Shown here: positions 41,652 through 53,601 of the stretch, piece by piece
Layout of the letters: every line of letters starts with the position of its first letter
Position numbering within the stretch: position 1 is the first letter of the stretch
NCBI GenBank assembly: GCA_002269645.1
Contig: NIVC01000506.1
Coordinates: 124,001-188,000 of the forward strand
Length of the DNA: 64,000 nt
Direction: 5' to 3'
Origin: Macrostomum lignano
Taxonomy: Eukaryota
Translations under genes and position numbers: made by a program
The notes under the pieces: model-generated
What the model was told of the DNA's origin: nothing
The model's database searches: none
What the model saw: the letters and a program-made list of their open reading frames with translations, nothing else

Positions 41652-42145
41652 AACTGACAGGAAATCAGCTCACAATAAGCTTCGGGAGCTCACAAAAAGC
41701 TTAGGGAGCTCACAATAAGCTTAGGGAGCTCACAATAAGCTTGGGGAGCTCACAATAGGCTTAGGGAACTGACTAGAAATCTGCTTACAATCAGCTTGAG
41801 GAGCTTACAATCTAGGCTTAGGGAACTGACAGGAAATCAGCTCACAATAAGCTTGGGGAGCTCACAATAGGCTTAGGGAACTGACAGGAAATCTCCTCAC
41901 AATGGGCTTGGGAAACTGACAGGAAATCTGCTCACAATCAGCTTGGGAAACTGACAGGAAATCTGCTCACAATCAGCTTGGGAAACTGACAGGAAATCTG
42001 CTCACAATCAGCTTGGGAAACTGACAGGAAATCTGCTCACAATCAGCTTGGGAAACTGACAGGAAATCTGCTCACAATCAGCTTGGGAAACTGACAGGAA
42101 GTCTGCTCACAATCAGCTTGGGGAACTGACAGGAAATCTGCTCAC
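41652..42145. repeat. ~31-bp satellite (ACTGACAGGAAATCTGCTCACAATCAGCTTGGGA); resumes at 45638-45752
   Basis: Direct reading; same family as 57588-59886. Confidence 0.93.
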
Positions 42146-42348
42146 TGTAGTGACTGACGCGAGAGACAGAAGTTTAGCTGAACCAAAAGCTTACGGCCTC
42201 GACTTGGGCGTGGGGTGCGATTATACTCGTATATTTCAGCTCAAAGCTCTGTAATCGATTGCTCTAGAATAAGTGTACATCCATGATGCAATTTACACAG
42301 GAGTTAAAATCAACGTGCCGAAAAAAGGGGGGGGTGGCGAGTACAACA
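42146..42348 (-). mobile_element. 3' LTR (203 bp) of the Gypsy element
   Basis: On the minus strand the PPT GAAGGGGAAAGA (42360-42349) is directly followed by TGTTGTAC...; the LTR ends ...GTCACTACA exactly where the satellite resumes. Confidence 0.8.
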
Positions 42349-42422
42349 TCTTTCCCCTTCGCGTAGATTAACGGAGTAAAATCGAATTCAAGAAAATTAA
42401 TGTCATGCAAAAAAACAGAGGT

Positions 42423-45400
42423 TTATAGGTTGGTTGGTCGCCAGTTTTGCACGAAAAAAAATTCAGGTCCTATAATTGGGTTGCGGTAGTTTGCAGCTTC
42501 TTGGATGCGGACGGTTCGCGATTGGCAGCTCCCCCGCACCCTCTGCGGCCGGCGGCGGTGCTGGAGCGGCCGTCTGGTCGCCTTCTGGATCGCCGGTTTC
42601 GTCTGGTCCGTCTCCTGTTGGCCACTCTGGCAGTCGCTTGACGTCGCTGACGTGGCGCATGCAGTTGCTGCCGCCCGTGCTCTCCAGGATGACAGAATCG
42701 CCTTTGACCTCCGTGACTGTCCAGGGCTGAATTTCAAATGGCGTATCCGTTTTCGATGGCTGGATTTTTCTGCGGAGGACTTTATCGCCAGCTTGGATGC
42801 GATGCTCTGCGGCTGATCTTGTCGCGTCGGCGTAGTGCTTCATGGCGGCCTTGTACTGACGGTCTCTGTTCCTGACCGTCTTTGCTGGAGCCTGCGGCTT
42901 GACTCCTGGAATGCAGTCTTGGACTGGTCTCCCGAACATCAGGTCGGCTGGGGCGACTCCTTTGGCCGTGTGCGGAGTGCTGCGGTACGCGGCAAGCCAA
43001 TCCTGCAATGTCGTCCTCCAGTCGGTTCCTTGGGCGTTGGAGATGCGGAGCAGCTTGTTCAGGGACCTGTTGATTCGCTCGGTAATGCCATTATCCTCGG
43101 GATGGTACGGTGTGATGCACCTGTGGCTGATTCCGTAGCTTGTGACGAAACTCCTGAAGGCTTCGATGTGAATGTCGGACCGTTGTCCGTCACGATCCGC
43201 TGAGAAAATCCCGAAGGTCGCGAAGACCTGCTGTAACTGTCTGGTGGTGCGGTCAGCTGTGATCGACTTCATCGCCACGACGATGGGGTAGCGCGAGTAG
43301 TGGTCTATGATCACCAGGAAATGTCGGCCGTTGGCAGGTCCAAGAAAGTCGATGCCGATGGTGGACCAGGCAGACTCAGGCAGTTGCAGTTCAGTCGGTT
43401 TGTAGTGGGGCTTCCCCTTGACTTCCGCTTGATGGTTGGTGGCCGCACATTCCAGGCACTGTGCCACCAGTTGCTTGGCCTCAGCTGGACATTCCGGGCC
43501 ACAAAACTTTGGAGTTGAGTCGGCACAGTATTTTGGTCTCGCCTTGATGTCCTTGGTGAGCCAGCTGGGGGACAGCGGGCCGCTGGGCTTTTGGGATTAC
43601 CAATCTTTGGTCTCGCAGCAGAACGCCAGAAGCCTCTGTCAACTCGTGCCTGGCGGCGTGCAGTCGTCGGATGCTGCCATCCCGCAGATCCCAATTGCCT
43701 GCTCTCAACGATGACAGCAGTCGATAGAATGACATCACGGGCCGTGGCTTCCCGGACTTGCTGCAAGGACAGGCCTCTCGGCGTCGCCGCTTGCGCGATG
43801 CTGCCGATGAAATTTGAGTCCAGGATCTCGCCGATGTTGATCGATGTCGGAGCGCGGGCTCTGGCTGCCGGCTGAGGATGTCGCTCGGGTTGAACGGGCC
43901 TGGCCGATAGATGACGCTGAGCTGCATGTCCTGGATGCTGAGCGCCATGCGTTCGATGCGTGGAGGTGGGCGCGACCCGGGCTTGAGCATGACGGTCAGC
44001 GGCTTGTGGTCGGTGACGACAGTGAATTTGGCGGCGCCGCTGAGATAGTGTCGAAATTTCAGGCAGCCGAACTTGATTGCGAGAGCCTCCCATTCCGTCT
44101 GTGATTACCTCGACTCGACTGCCAATAGGGCTCTGCTTGCGAATGCAACCGGCTTGGATGAGCCGTCGGATTGAATCTGGCAGAGAATGGCGCCGAGTCC
44201 GATGGGGCTGGCGTCGACAACGGTTCGGTATGCCGGTGCTTGTCGAAGAAGACAAGTGTGCTGTCGACTGCGATGCAATCTCGGACTTCTTGAAAAGCCT
44301 TGGCCTGCTGCTCGCCCCACTGCCAGTTTGCACTCTTCTTGGTCAGGTCTTCGTCATGTCCGCCAGGCCTGGAATGAAGCGACTGACAAACGTAATCAGA
44401 CCGAGGAAGGAGCGGACTTCCGAGGCGTTCGTTGGCTCTTTGAAGCTTTTGATCGCCGACACCTTGGCTTCAGCTGGCTGGATCCCTTTTGCCGACAGTC
44501 GCATGGCCAGGAAGTTGACCTCCGGCACCGCAAATTTGCACTTGGACGGGTTGGAGTCAGGCCGTGTCCCTGAAGACGCTGAAGGCAGCTGGCTAGGCGA
44601 CTGTTGTGCTCCAGGATGTCTCGGGCATACACAATGATGTCGTCGTGCACCCATCTCACTCCTGGCAGGCCGCTGAGTACTGTAGACATCACACGCTGTA
44701 GAATTTCTGAAGCCGACGTGAAGCCCATGCAGAGGCGCGTGAGCCTCACTAGGTCCAGTGGTGTCGACAAGGTCAGAAACTTGCGTGACTCCTGATCGAC
44801 CTTGATTTGGTGAAAGGCTTTGTTTATTTCTAGCTCCGAAAAAAGTGTGAGCCGGCCATTTCGTCTGTGACCTCTTCAAAGGTCGGAATCGGCTGCTTCT
44901 CCGGCACTACGTATTGATTGAGGTCTCAAAGGTCTTGGGTGATTCGCACCTGGTTCGGAATGCTTTTTGGTACCACTATCATTCTAACGACCCATTCGGA
45001 AGGCTCGGATACTCGCTCGATGATGCCTTCGCTGAGCTGGGCGTTGAGCTCTTTGATGGCTGCGTCTCGTAGGTGGATTGGCACTCGACTAGGCGGGTGG
45101 CACACTGGGATAGCGTTGTCCTTGAGTCGGATGCTCACTTCGACGTCCTTGACGCAGCCTACTCCTTGGAAGAGCGCCCAGTGCTTTTTGAGGATGTTGT
45201 CAAGCTGGAGGTTTGCCGGAAGGTCAGCCGAGTTGGCCTCCGGACTCGAGGACTCCATTGCCTTTGCCTTGCCGGCACTCCCGATGCTGCTGATGTGGGG
45301 TTCCGGTGCCGGACCCACTCGTAGTACTCTAAACTTCTCGCTCGTTGCCCTTCCGAGAATGGTGACGCCCGGGTCTTGCACTACTGTGAAGTCCACTACT

Positions 45401-45635
45401 TCCTCGAGACCGCTGATTTTGACAAGGAGCTCAGCTCTGCCAGCGGTCGCCAGTGGTGTCTTCGAGCCGAACGGGTACAGCTGCTGATCGAAGCAGTTGT
45501 GTTTTCGCTGTTTTGAGATCTTGAAAAGTCGCCCGGTCGATGACGTTGCAGCTGGCGCCGCTATCGATGAGCGCCTCGACCCGCTTACGGTTGAAACAGA
45601 TGCTCATCAGCAGCAGCTTGTTCGCAGTCAGGCAG
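42423..45635 (-). pseudogene. Ty3/Gypsy (K02A2.6/Mag-like) pol: protease-RT-RNase H-integrase, frameshifted, lacking gag and the 5' LTR
   Basis: LIDSGASCNVI (about 45570-45540); RT EGIIERVSEPSEW, MGFTSASEILQ, VHDDIIVY, EVRSFLGL; RNase H VVDASPIGLGAIL, PVAFASR; integrase H-GH...C--C, WSTIGIDFLGP, IDHYSRYP, TDNGPTF (in a shifted frame), NGITERINRSL; several frameshifts. Confidence 0.93.
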
Positions 45636-45764
45636 AAGACAGGAAATCAGCTCACAATCAGCTTGGGGAGCTCACAATCAGCTTGGGAAACTGACAGGAA
45701 ATCTGCTCACAATGAGCTGGGAGAACTGACAGGAAATCTGCTCACAATAAGCGATGCAAATGAC

Positions 45765-46075
45765 TTCCATATAAACCTGAAAACCTCTTAGACCAATCGT
45801 CTCTATGATTAACACCGCTGAATATGAGCTGACCAAGTATCTGGATTCCCTCATCAAGCCTCTCATTCCGTCTGAGTTCACTTCGAAGTCCAACTGTAAC
45901 TTCCTTAACGACCTTCAACGCTCGTGTCCTGTTACCAAGAGATCTGACACTCTCTGTAGCTTCGATGTTGTCTCTCTTTTCACTAATATCCCTCTCGGGC
46001 TGGCTATTGACCTTGCCAATGAGCTTGTGTACAAAGGGAATCCCCCTACCATGCCCAAGGCCTCTTTCAAGAACT
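45765..46075 (+). pseudogene. Penelope-like element reverse transcriptase fragment
   Basis: KPEN/LRPIVSMINTAEYELTKYLDSLIKPL...CSFDVVSLFTNIPLGLAID, the typical PLE RT segment; truncated on both sides. Confidence 0.85.
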
Positions 46076-46331
46076 GTTCTTCAACAGGGCTCGCCAGTTA
46101 TTTGTTTGTGAACCCCTTCTTAAATGAAAATTACAGCGAGTCCCGAGCCTTAAACAACTGAAAGTGACCTGCGCTACTTGGCGCAGAAGCTTAATGCCAC
46201 GGCCGTAATGCCGATGCGCTGTGACTAGAGTGTAAGAAGATTCAGCAGAAACAGCAGCTATCAATCATTGATCAAAAAGTGAAGGGAAGAAAATGATTTT
46301 TGCACTAGATGAGAAAAGGATTATTACACCA

Positions 46332-46850
46332 GCTACTTGCTATCTGGGATGTGCTTGCTATCTGGGGGGAAGCTTTTCTAGCTGGGGGGAGGGGGTGCTT
46401 GGTATTTGGGGGTGCTTGCTACCAAGGGATGCTTGCTACTTCAGTATCTGGGGATTGCTTGCTATATGGGGAATGCTTGGTTTTTTGGAGGGGGTTGCTT
46501 GCTACCAGGGGGGATGCTTGCTATTTGGGAGGGGATTGCTTGCTACCAGGGGGGATGCTTGCTATTTGGGAGGGGATTGCTTGCTACCAGGGGGGATGCT
46601 TGCTATTTGGGGGGGGGGGTGCTTGCTATCTGGGAGATGATTGCTATCTGGCATATGCTATCTAGGGATGCTTGCTATCTGGGGTTGGGGGAGGGGGCTG
46701 CTTGCTTTTTGGGGGAGGCCCGGGAGGGTGCTTGCTACCTGGGGGACACTAGCTATCTGTGGGTGCTTGGTTTTGGGGGGGGGTTTGCTTGCTACCAGGG
46801 GATGCTTGCTATCGTAGGGATTCTTGCTGTTTAGGAGGGACGCCTGCTAT
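46332..46850. repeat. ~20-bp degenerate G-rich minisatellite (GCTTGCTATCTGGGGG core)
   Basis: Direct reading. Confidence 0.9.
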
Positions 46851-47844
46851 CTTTGTGAAGGCTTTATTTTGTCGTGACCCTTTGTTACTTTAGAAAAAAA
46901 AGAGATTTAGAGCAAACATCTTTATCCTATCTTTATCCTATTTAGAGCAAACAATGTTTATCGTGCATGTATAGGGTGATTTATAAAACTTAAGAAGGAA
47001 TGTGCTTTTGCATAAATATTTTTTGCTATTTGCTTATTGGGCGCCCCTAAGGGGGGCACTAGATTGCTACATGTAAGTTCTAGCAGAAGTTACTCGCAAG
47101 ACCCAGCTCCTGTCACATTGCAGTGCTGATGTTCAGCGCCAGTTTAGCATGCTGCAACGCATATTGGAGATCTCCAGTGACATGTTTGAAATCAGCAATG
47201 ACATGGGCCAGCAGTCACTTCGGCAGGCAAGCTGTAAATAAAAGGATTAGCACTTGAGAAAGATTGAATAGGATCAAGCTCCACTTCAAGGACAGACTGC
47301 TGCTGCTGTGTAAGGGCGTCTTAAACGGGAGCAAAGTGACTAGAAGGTTGAAAAAGACAGCGAAAGGTTTCTCTGTCTAATTAAAGCAGCTTCTTAGCTG
47401 CATGCAGTGTCTCTGCGCCTACATACTGCATCCTCAATGCCAAAGAAGGCAAACGGGGGTCAAGGATGCGATGTGTAAGAGACTGATATTTGCATTCCGC
47501 ATTAGGGACAGTCTACATGTAAATCATTCAGTTCTGCCAGTTTTGCCTGTGATTTTGGTGCCAGTGTAACAAATTATTAACTTGAATTATCAAATTGAAT
47601 TGACTAAGTGAAGCCACTTTTTGTACTGGTTCTGGGACTCAGCCACAACCTGCACACTATATTATGTACTGCGTAATACAAATGCAGTTTTCAAGCTCCA
47701 AGCCGCAGTATATTACTTATAGAAATTACATGTACATGTATATGCGTGCAAATTTTCTTCAGAATTCAGGCTGAGAGCAATTGTTATTAAAAGTAAAGAA
47801 GAAATAGTAGAGAAGTAGTCTTTTGCTATTTCTTCATATTATAA

Positions 47845-48117
47845 GTAAGGGCAGCTCAACTTATGCACCAGAATGGAGCCCGAAGTTCAGCTCCAGACCA
47901 AACCGACTGCAATCGATAACTTGTCGGCCCAGACGACTAGAATCGCCGAGACATCCCATCCGGCTCCCTTCCTTGGGGTCCCAGGGGATAAAGGGGATAA
48001 GATGGGGATCTCATGTCAACTTAAGGCTCTAGAATGGAGCCCGAAGTTCAGCTCCGGACCAAACCGACTGGAATCGATTACTTGTCGGTCCAGACGACTA
48101 GAATCGCCGAGACATCC
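47845..48117 (+). repeat. Left arm of an inverted repeat; 161-bp unit present about 1.6 times
   Basis: AGAATGGAGCCCGAAGTTCAGCTCC... at 47870 and 48031; reverse-complement copy at 51962-52165. Confidence 0.85.
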
Positions 48118-48131
48118 GCTGTGCCACTATG

Positions 48132-48900
48132 TTCCGCTATGTCGTTGAGTGCTGCTTTGCTGCCATTAAGCAGGACAAATGTGTTAACGAGAGGCACAAA
48201 CCGTATCAGTGGCTGCAGTCAGCCGGCTTAAGCGAGCGCAGCCGATAAGACGTTGTTATCGAGAACTCAATGGCAAAGTACAACCGGGCGCATCCAGGTT
48301 TTGAATCATTTAAACAGCTGCCACCGTCATGGACAGGGCTATCGTTGTTCGAATTCGATCAGAATTTCATGCGCCTAGTGCTCTTGTCCAACGAAATGGA
48401 CGAAATTGAGCAGCTGCACTTTAACTGTGATCTGACGCGTGTTCGCGAATTTGACAAAGGTTTCGGTGGGTCCGTATCAACTAAATCAAGCCGATGATTA
48501 CATTCAAAACATTCGTGTCAAAGAGGTTCTCGGTAGCTACGAAGGTGACTCCTGGAGAGACTTTGAGTCGCTCACATCCGAACTTCCGAGCCGCCTGAAG
48601 TGTTGGAAGTTTCGGCAAAAGACGCAGCCAGAAAACTGGAGCAACCGATTCGGTCGGTGGCATCCGTCTTGATTTTTCTAGCTGTCGTTTTCTCGCGCCC
48701 TAATTCGAAATCCTACCGCGTGATTTTTAGAGTGTGTGACAGCAGCGGACAATCGCTTTGGTTTTAGAGATCCATGATTGCAACTTCTTCATGGCTACTA
48801 CTCGTCTGCAAAAGCTGGAAGTAGGACTGCAGGCTGCGATTGTCATGTAATGGCAGTGCTCAAACTTCTTGGCTGCTACACTTACCACCAAGATAGCTAT
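48132..48900 (+). pseudogene. C-terminal part of a DDE_Tnp_4 (Harbinger/ISL2EU-like) transposase with a SWIM-like finger, decayed
   Basis: RYVVECCFAAIKQ (catalytic-Glu-like motif, 48135), VGPYQLNQADDY, SRPNSKSY, GYYSSAKAGSRTAGCDCHVMAVLKLLG (48793); these follow the order R-VVE--F--IK / G-YQL--A-SY / SRH / GYYC-CK-GAR--G-CAH---VL--LG recalled for this family; stops and frameshifts present. Confidence 0.7.
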
Positions 48901-49073
48901 CGAAGGTCTGGTGCTAGCCTTCGCTTTGTTGATTTCGCTCTTCCACGCAGCCTTGTTGCCAGACTTTATACCAGAGAAAATGCTTTACCACAGCAGCGGA
49001 AGCCTACTGAGCAACAGTCTAGCGGCCAGCTAGCAGCAGCTCACGATCCAAGCCTCAGTCTTCAAGAGTCTTT

Positions 49074-51840
49074 GGTTTTCAAAACCATGGTCAGCAGTCC
49101 TAAGCAATTGTTGTTGCACTGTTTCACTGCATCAGCAGCAAAGTCCAGCTCTTTCAGCCGGTCAGAGGTGGGGCAGTGAACACCGCCCCACCGCAATGAC
49201 CAACCTGATAACGTCTATGGCGACTGAGCAAGCGTAGGTCAACTTGTCGAAGCCATCCGAAGCCGATATCCGCAGCAGTTTGCGCCGAGACAGCAACACT
49301 GCATGAACGAGTTGCTACAGCGCATTCTGCCAGAGTTGCAGCTGCAGCGTCATTGCCTAAGCGAATTTACACTCGTACGTGCGGTAGTTGCCTGACTAGC
49401 AACGGAGGAGCTGCCCTTAGGAGTTCTGGACAATCGTATCCTCAGCATCTCCTTTTCAACCGCACTGTTAACTCTAGAGGTCTCTACGCTGCTTTTACGA
49501 CACCAAAGCACGTCCCACGCACCAACACCAACTGTTCAGCTGATAGTGTGCAGGAGGTTCAGGTCTCTAACGGCAGAGTAACCCTGATGCATATAGATCG
49601 CATTGGAACCGATGGTCAAAAACTGAATACGCAAGTCTGTTGGACCAGCCGAGCAGGTAACATCTCCAGCTTGGGATGTCCAATATTCACAGTGTCCCAT
49701 TACGGTAGTACGCCCTTGGAAGCGCAATATACATTTTGTGTCCTGAAAGTTGGAGTATGGAATAAGCTGGACGACATTGGAGTTCAGAGAAATGATGAGG
49801 ACGCACTTTTTTTCCAAATCCCGCGCTAGCACATGGGCTCTAAACTTACCAGCCTACTAACAGTGGGCAATGGGTATTTTTATCCTTTTTCTATGAATTG
49901 TCATAGAATCTATACTAGATATAATGTTTGGTCATACTAGTAGTCATAATGACATAGGCGCAGCTTTTTGGGTCATAAATCATTGCTTTCGAAGCTGGTC
50001 TGACAGCCACCTGCGCCTCACTCAGGGTTGAGGCGGGCGCCAGATGGTCTGAGAGGATGCGGGCGGTAGCTTTTTTCTCATCATTTTGACAGGCCATCAA
50101 GATTTATGAGGTCAGAGCCTATTGTTCGTGTTCACTCAAGCGTGTGACAGCTTTGACAGCTATGCGTTTTACCCCTAAAAGTACTTTGGGATTAGCGATT
50201 AGTGATTTCTCTTCATTATCTTCACTTTCTATTTAATAAGAGCTTTCTAATGTATATTTTTTCATTAATTTCTGTCAGTCCTACGCGAAAAGTCATAAAT
50301 CATTTTGTTGCGATTTTGATTGATTTATGGCCGCACCTGTCATCTTTTTACGACCCTGTGGGAACAGATAGGATCTCACGGTCACGTGATTCTGGGTAGC
50401 AACAAGCTTAGCCAATCAGAAAATTCGGCGCTCATTTTAACAAATCGGCTCAGCCAATCAGAATCGACGTGTTCCATTATAACAAACTGCGGTCCAGTTC
50501 GCGGCTATTTAAACCGGTGTTTTTGGCCCGCTTGGGCCAAACGCTTCTCTACTCCTCCTGGGACCTTAGCCTAGATTGAGACGTCCCGGAGCGTGACTGT
50601 CGTCTCTTGATCCCCGGATTGCGACCTCCCCCATCATCATCAAGGACGAGTCCCCCCGGTCATCAGCAGCGAACATCAAAGTTAAGAGCATCACCTGCTA
50701 GCTATCTGCGAAGATTGTGACATCAGCACCATCCCGGGTCTACAGCTGCGAAGCACTAAGCCGATTCGGTCACTGTGAATTACCTGGTCTCCGGCTGTTG
50801 AGTTTCTGATTGGTTGGGTGAGAGGCTGCCTAGACTTGCTTGATTGGGTGATTCCTTACCTGTCCCCTATTTCAGTAGCTGGATTAGGCGCACACTTTTG
50901 CTCTTTTTGTTCAGTAATGCTGCTGCTGAGGCAGAAGTCATTCAATAATACTGCTAGTAGTCTAAAACTCCAATTCAATCTGAAGTGTGAAGTGATCTAA
51001 GGAGAAGGTTAAATCTATCAGTTATTTTTATCGGTTTTATTTCTTTGTTCGCCGATGGCTCAGATGAGTAGCTAAGCTAGTAGGCGCCGGTTACAGTGGA
51101 CCAATGGCAAGGCAGTTCTCAGTCGATCAATCTATCAAATCAGTGAGCAAATTGCCAATAGTGCAAAATCGGCGCTAGAGATGTACTCTGTGCACTCTAG
51201 GTTAGCCAAGCGGCTCGGGTGATGAATCATGCGGTCTCCGATGTTCGAGTTAGCCTATCATCAGCGCTACGAGAGGCTAGTTGGCGCGTTGAAGGCCAAA
51301 AGTACAATTCCTCGTATTTAGCAATGTAATAGTACATGTAGCTACCCCATAGTCTCGCCACTGCAAGAATCCCCTGCACAAGTCCCCTCTGTACCTGCAT
51401 GGCCAATGCGATCAAGTCCCAGCAGTGTCCCTTAACATCGGCTATGACTTCGAGATTGACAGCAAAAAGACACTAGTTGGCAGGTAAGTGCGAAGCCCCT
51501 TCTAGTCGGAAGCCCGATTTCGAGAGTCCCGGTGGGTGAGCCAGGACGTACGGGCTGGTGGCAGCGAGTTAGCTAATCTGCGGATTAACTAATTTCTACC
51601 TTCAAAATTCTCCCTGCTTGTCTCTCGCTGTCCCTCTCTTAGCTATTGGACCTAGACTGCTCGCCACACGATCAAGCTACCATGGGGCTGACAATCTGAC
51701 AGGAGTGGGGGGCCAGGACTCTAATTGATTTATTTCTGAGACCTGAGGCCCGAAGGCTTCCCCACAAGGGGGCCGAAAGGTCGAAACCCATCAGAAACTA
51801 CAATCCATTCGTTCACAAGCAATCTTTTATACCTTAGTAG
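49074..51840 (+). pseudogene. Decayed ubiquitin-specific protease (peptidase C19)-like domain, split by the solo LTR
   Basis: Cys-box-like GFQNHGQQS*AIVVALFHC (49074), Q-box-like FAPRQQHCMNELL (about 49280), LMHIDR...QKLNTQV, His-box-like VSHYGSTPLEAQY and WNKLDDIGV (about 49695-49780), SQAIFY remnant after the LTR. Confidence 0.62.
49793..51793 (+). mobile_element. Solo LTR (2001 bp), copy 2
   Basis: TGATGAGG...CCCATCA termini; 4-bp TSD GAAA at 49789-49792 and 51794-51797; inverted homolog of 1631-4379. Confidence 0.88.
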
Positions 51841-51961
51841 CCCTGCTGCAAGTAAAAAGACACCCATGGATCATCTGCGAGCATGTTTACACAATAAGCC
51901 TTTCTGCAAACTAACAACCATACTGTCTCATTTCGTTTAAAAAATCATCCGGAGCCTTACT

Positions 51962-52165
51962 TTAGGCTCCATTCTAGAGCCTTAAGTTGACATGAGATCC
52001 CTATTTTATCCCCTTTATCCCCTGGGCCCCCAAGCCAGGGCCTGGGATGAGATGTCTCGGCGATTCTAGTCGTCTGGGCCGACAAGTTACCGATTGCAGT
52101 TGGTTTGGTCCGGAGCTGAACTTTGGGCTCCATTCTGGTGCTTAAATTGACATCCCCTTTACCTA
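51962..52165 (-). repeat. Right arm of the inverted repeat (matches 47845-48045)
   Basis: GGCTCCATTCTAGAGCCTTAAGTTGACATGAGATCC...GGCTCCATTCTGGTGC is the reverse complement of the left arm. Confidence 0.85.
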
Positions 52166-53331
52166 CTATGGAAATGTCTAAATGCGCGGAATTAGACTCA
52201 CTGCACTGCGCATGCGCAGTCTTTGTTTCAGAGCCCAGTGGAATCGCTGGTAGTGGTATATTATTCAGCAGGTGAAGTGCGTGAAACTTGTATTTATCGA
52301 TAAGGACACGGGAACTTGCAGTGTGAGTTAACAACGTATTACTCTTTCGGTTTAATTAAATGCAAAATGCTTTCTTGTAAATGTAGTGGTTTTCTCGTCC
52401 TGTAATTCTACTCCTGACTTCCTTGTTCCGCTCATCCTGAAACACAAGTTAAGTTTCATTACATTTTCCTAGAATAATACCATATAAACCACGGAAATCA
52501 GGATTGACTGATCAACTTGGCTATTTTTCAGCCAGTTTGTTGTTGAACTCTGTCGAGTGTGCAATCAAGTTCGACAACACCAAGGACCACTGTAGTACAT
52601 GCATAAAAGGACGTAAAACTCAGAGACGGTGTTTCCTGGACAAAACACTAGCGAAGATAAGAAGAAATGATTTTTTTCGTTAGAAATGATTGATTGCATT
52701 TGATCTCCCATTCTTTTAATTTAGCATGTGCAGCATTATTAATCTGCGGTATTTTATAGATGTGTAGTGAAAGTCTCGACATAATTTTTTCGACTTCTCA
52801 AGCCCAAAGTTGAAAATATCTCGCGAGTGGCATTAGCTTAAATTTCTTGTTTTGTTCCTTCCTATATCAAATATATTTGTAATAAAAAATGTTGCATGCA
52901 GGTACTCTTAACCCATTATTGCAGGTAGTACAATTCAGTTTCAATGTATATTAGTTCTTACATATGCTCGAACATGTACTTGTACATGCACAGTTAGTGC
53001 ATACAACCTTGGGTTTATGAAATAAAAATAAAGCAATACGAAAATGAAACTTTCACTATGCAGCAATTGTAAAATTTAACAGACTAAATTAAAAGACCTT
53101 CGCTGCCCCTACCAAAGGCAAACATTAATTTTGTGATGAAATAAAACTTTCCTATCTTAAATCGTAGTGTACATTTCCAGAAAATTCGCCTAAAAATTGG
53201 CTACACAATCTTTGAGTTATATGACATGCACGTCCTGTGGTCCTTCGCAACTGTGGTTCTTGGCACACACCTGACACTGGATAGTTTGGGTTACATGCAG
53301 TTGGGATTCGTTGAACTCTAGCTTGGAAATA

Positions 53332-53601
53332 TACTCAGCAAAATTGAAAAGTCGCCACCCTTTGCCCCAGTGAGCAGTGTCTTTTGACCAGCGTCTATCA
53401 CCTGGCCAAGCATTTTGATATTTAAAAAATGCTTGAAAAATAATGAAAACCGGGAGGAAGCTTCAATCCATTCAATCTTCGCCCTCCGCTCTTTCCAATC
53501 CCTTGTCACCCAGCCGCAAGTTGCGTCACTCAAAAAGTCAATACTGAGCTAGAACTTCCTGCGCACTCTCAAAGGAGGCCACTTTTTAATGTTGTTGAGT
53601 A
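53332..53601. mobile_element. Tc1/mariner-type MITE, copy 2
   Basis: TA|TACTCAGCAAAATTGAAAAGTCGCC...GGCCACTTTTTAATGTTGTTGAGTA|TA; the paralogous site at 60647-60660 (GCTTGGTAATATTG) is empty. Confidence 0.82.

Larger units (their letters stand above)
40332..45752. mobile_element. Dispersed composite repeat, copy 1 (interrupted by the Gypsy fragment)
   Basis: Colinear direct homology with 56655-59886: TAGTTTAATCAGTCACTTC..., AGTCACGTGACACAGTCTGCTACA unit, GGCCCGAGTAAACCGAGTAGGCGTGGCGATGCCCGCAA, and a GACAGGAAATC...CTCACAATAAGCG satellite end. Element class is unknown. Confidence 0.7.
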
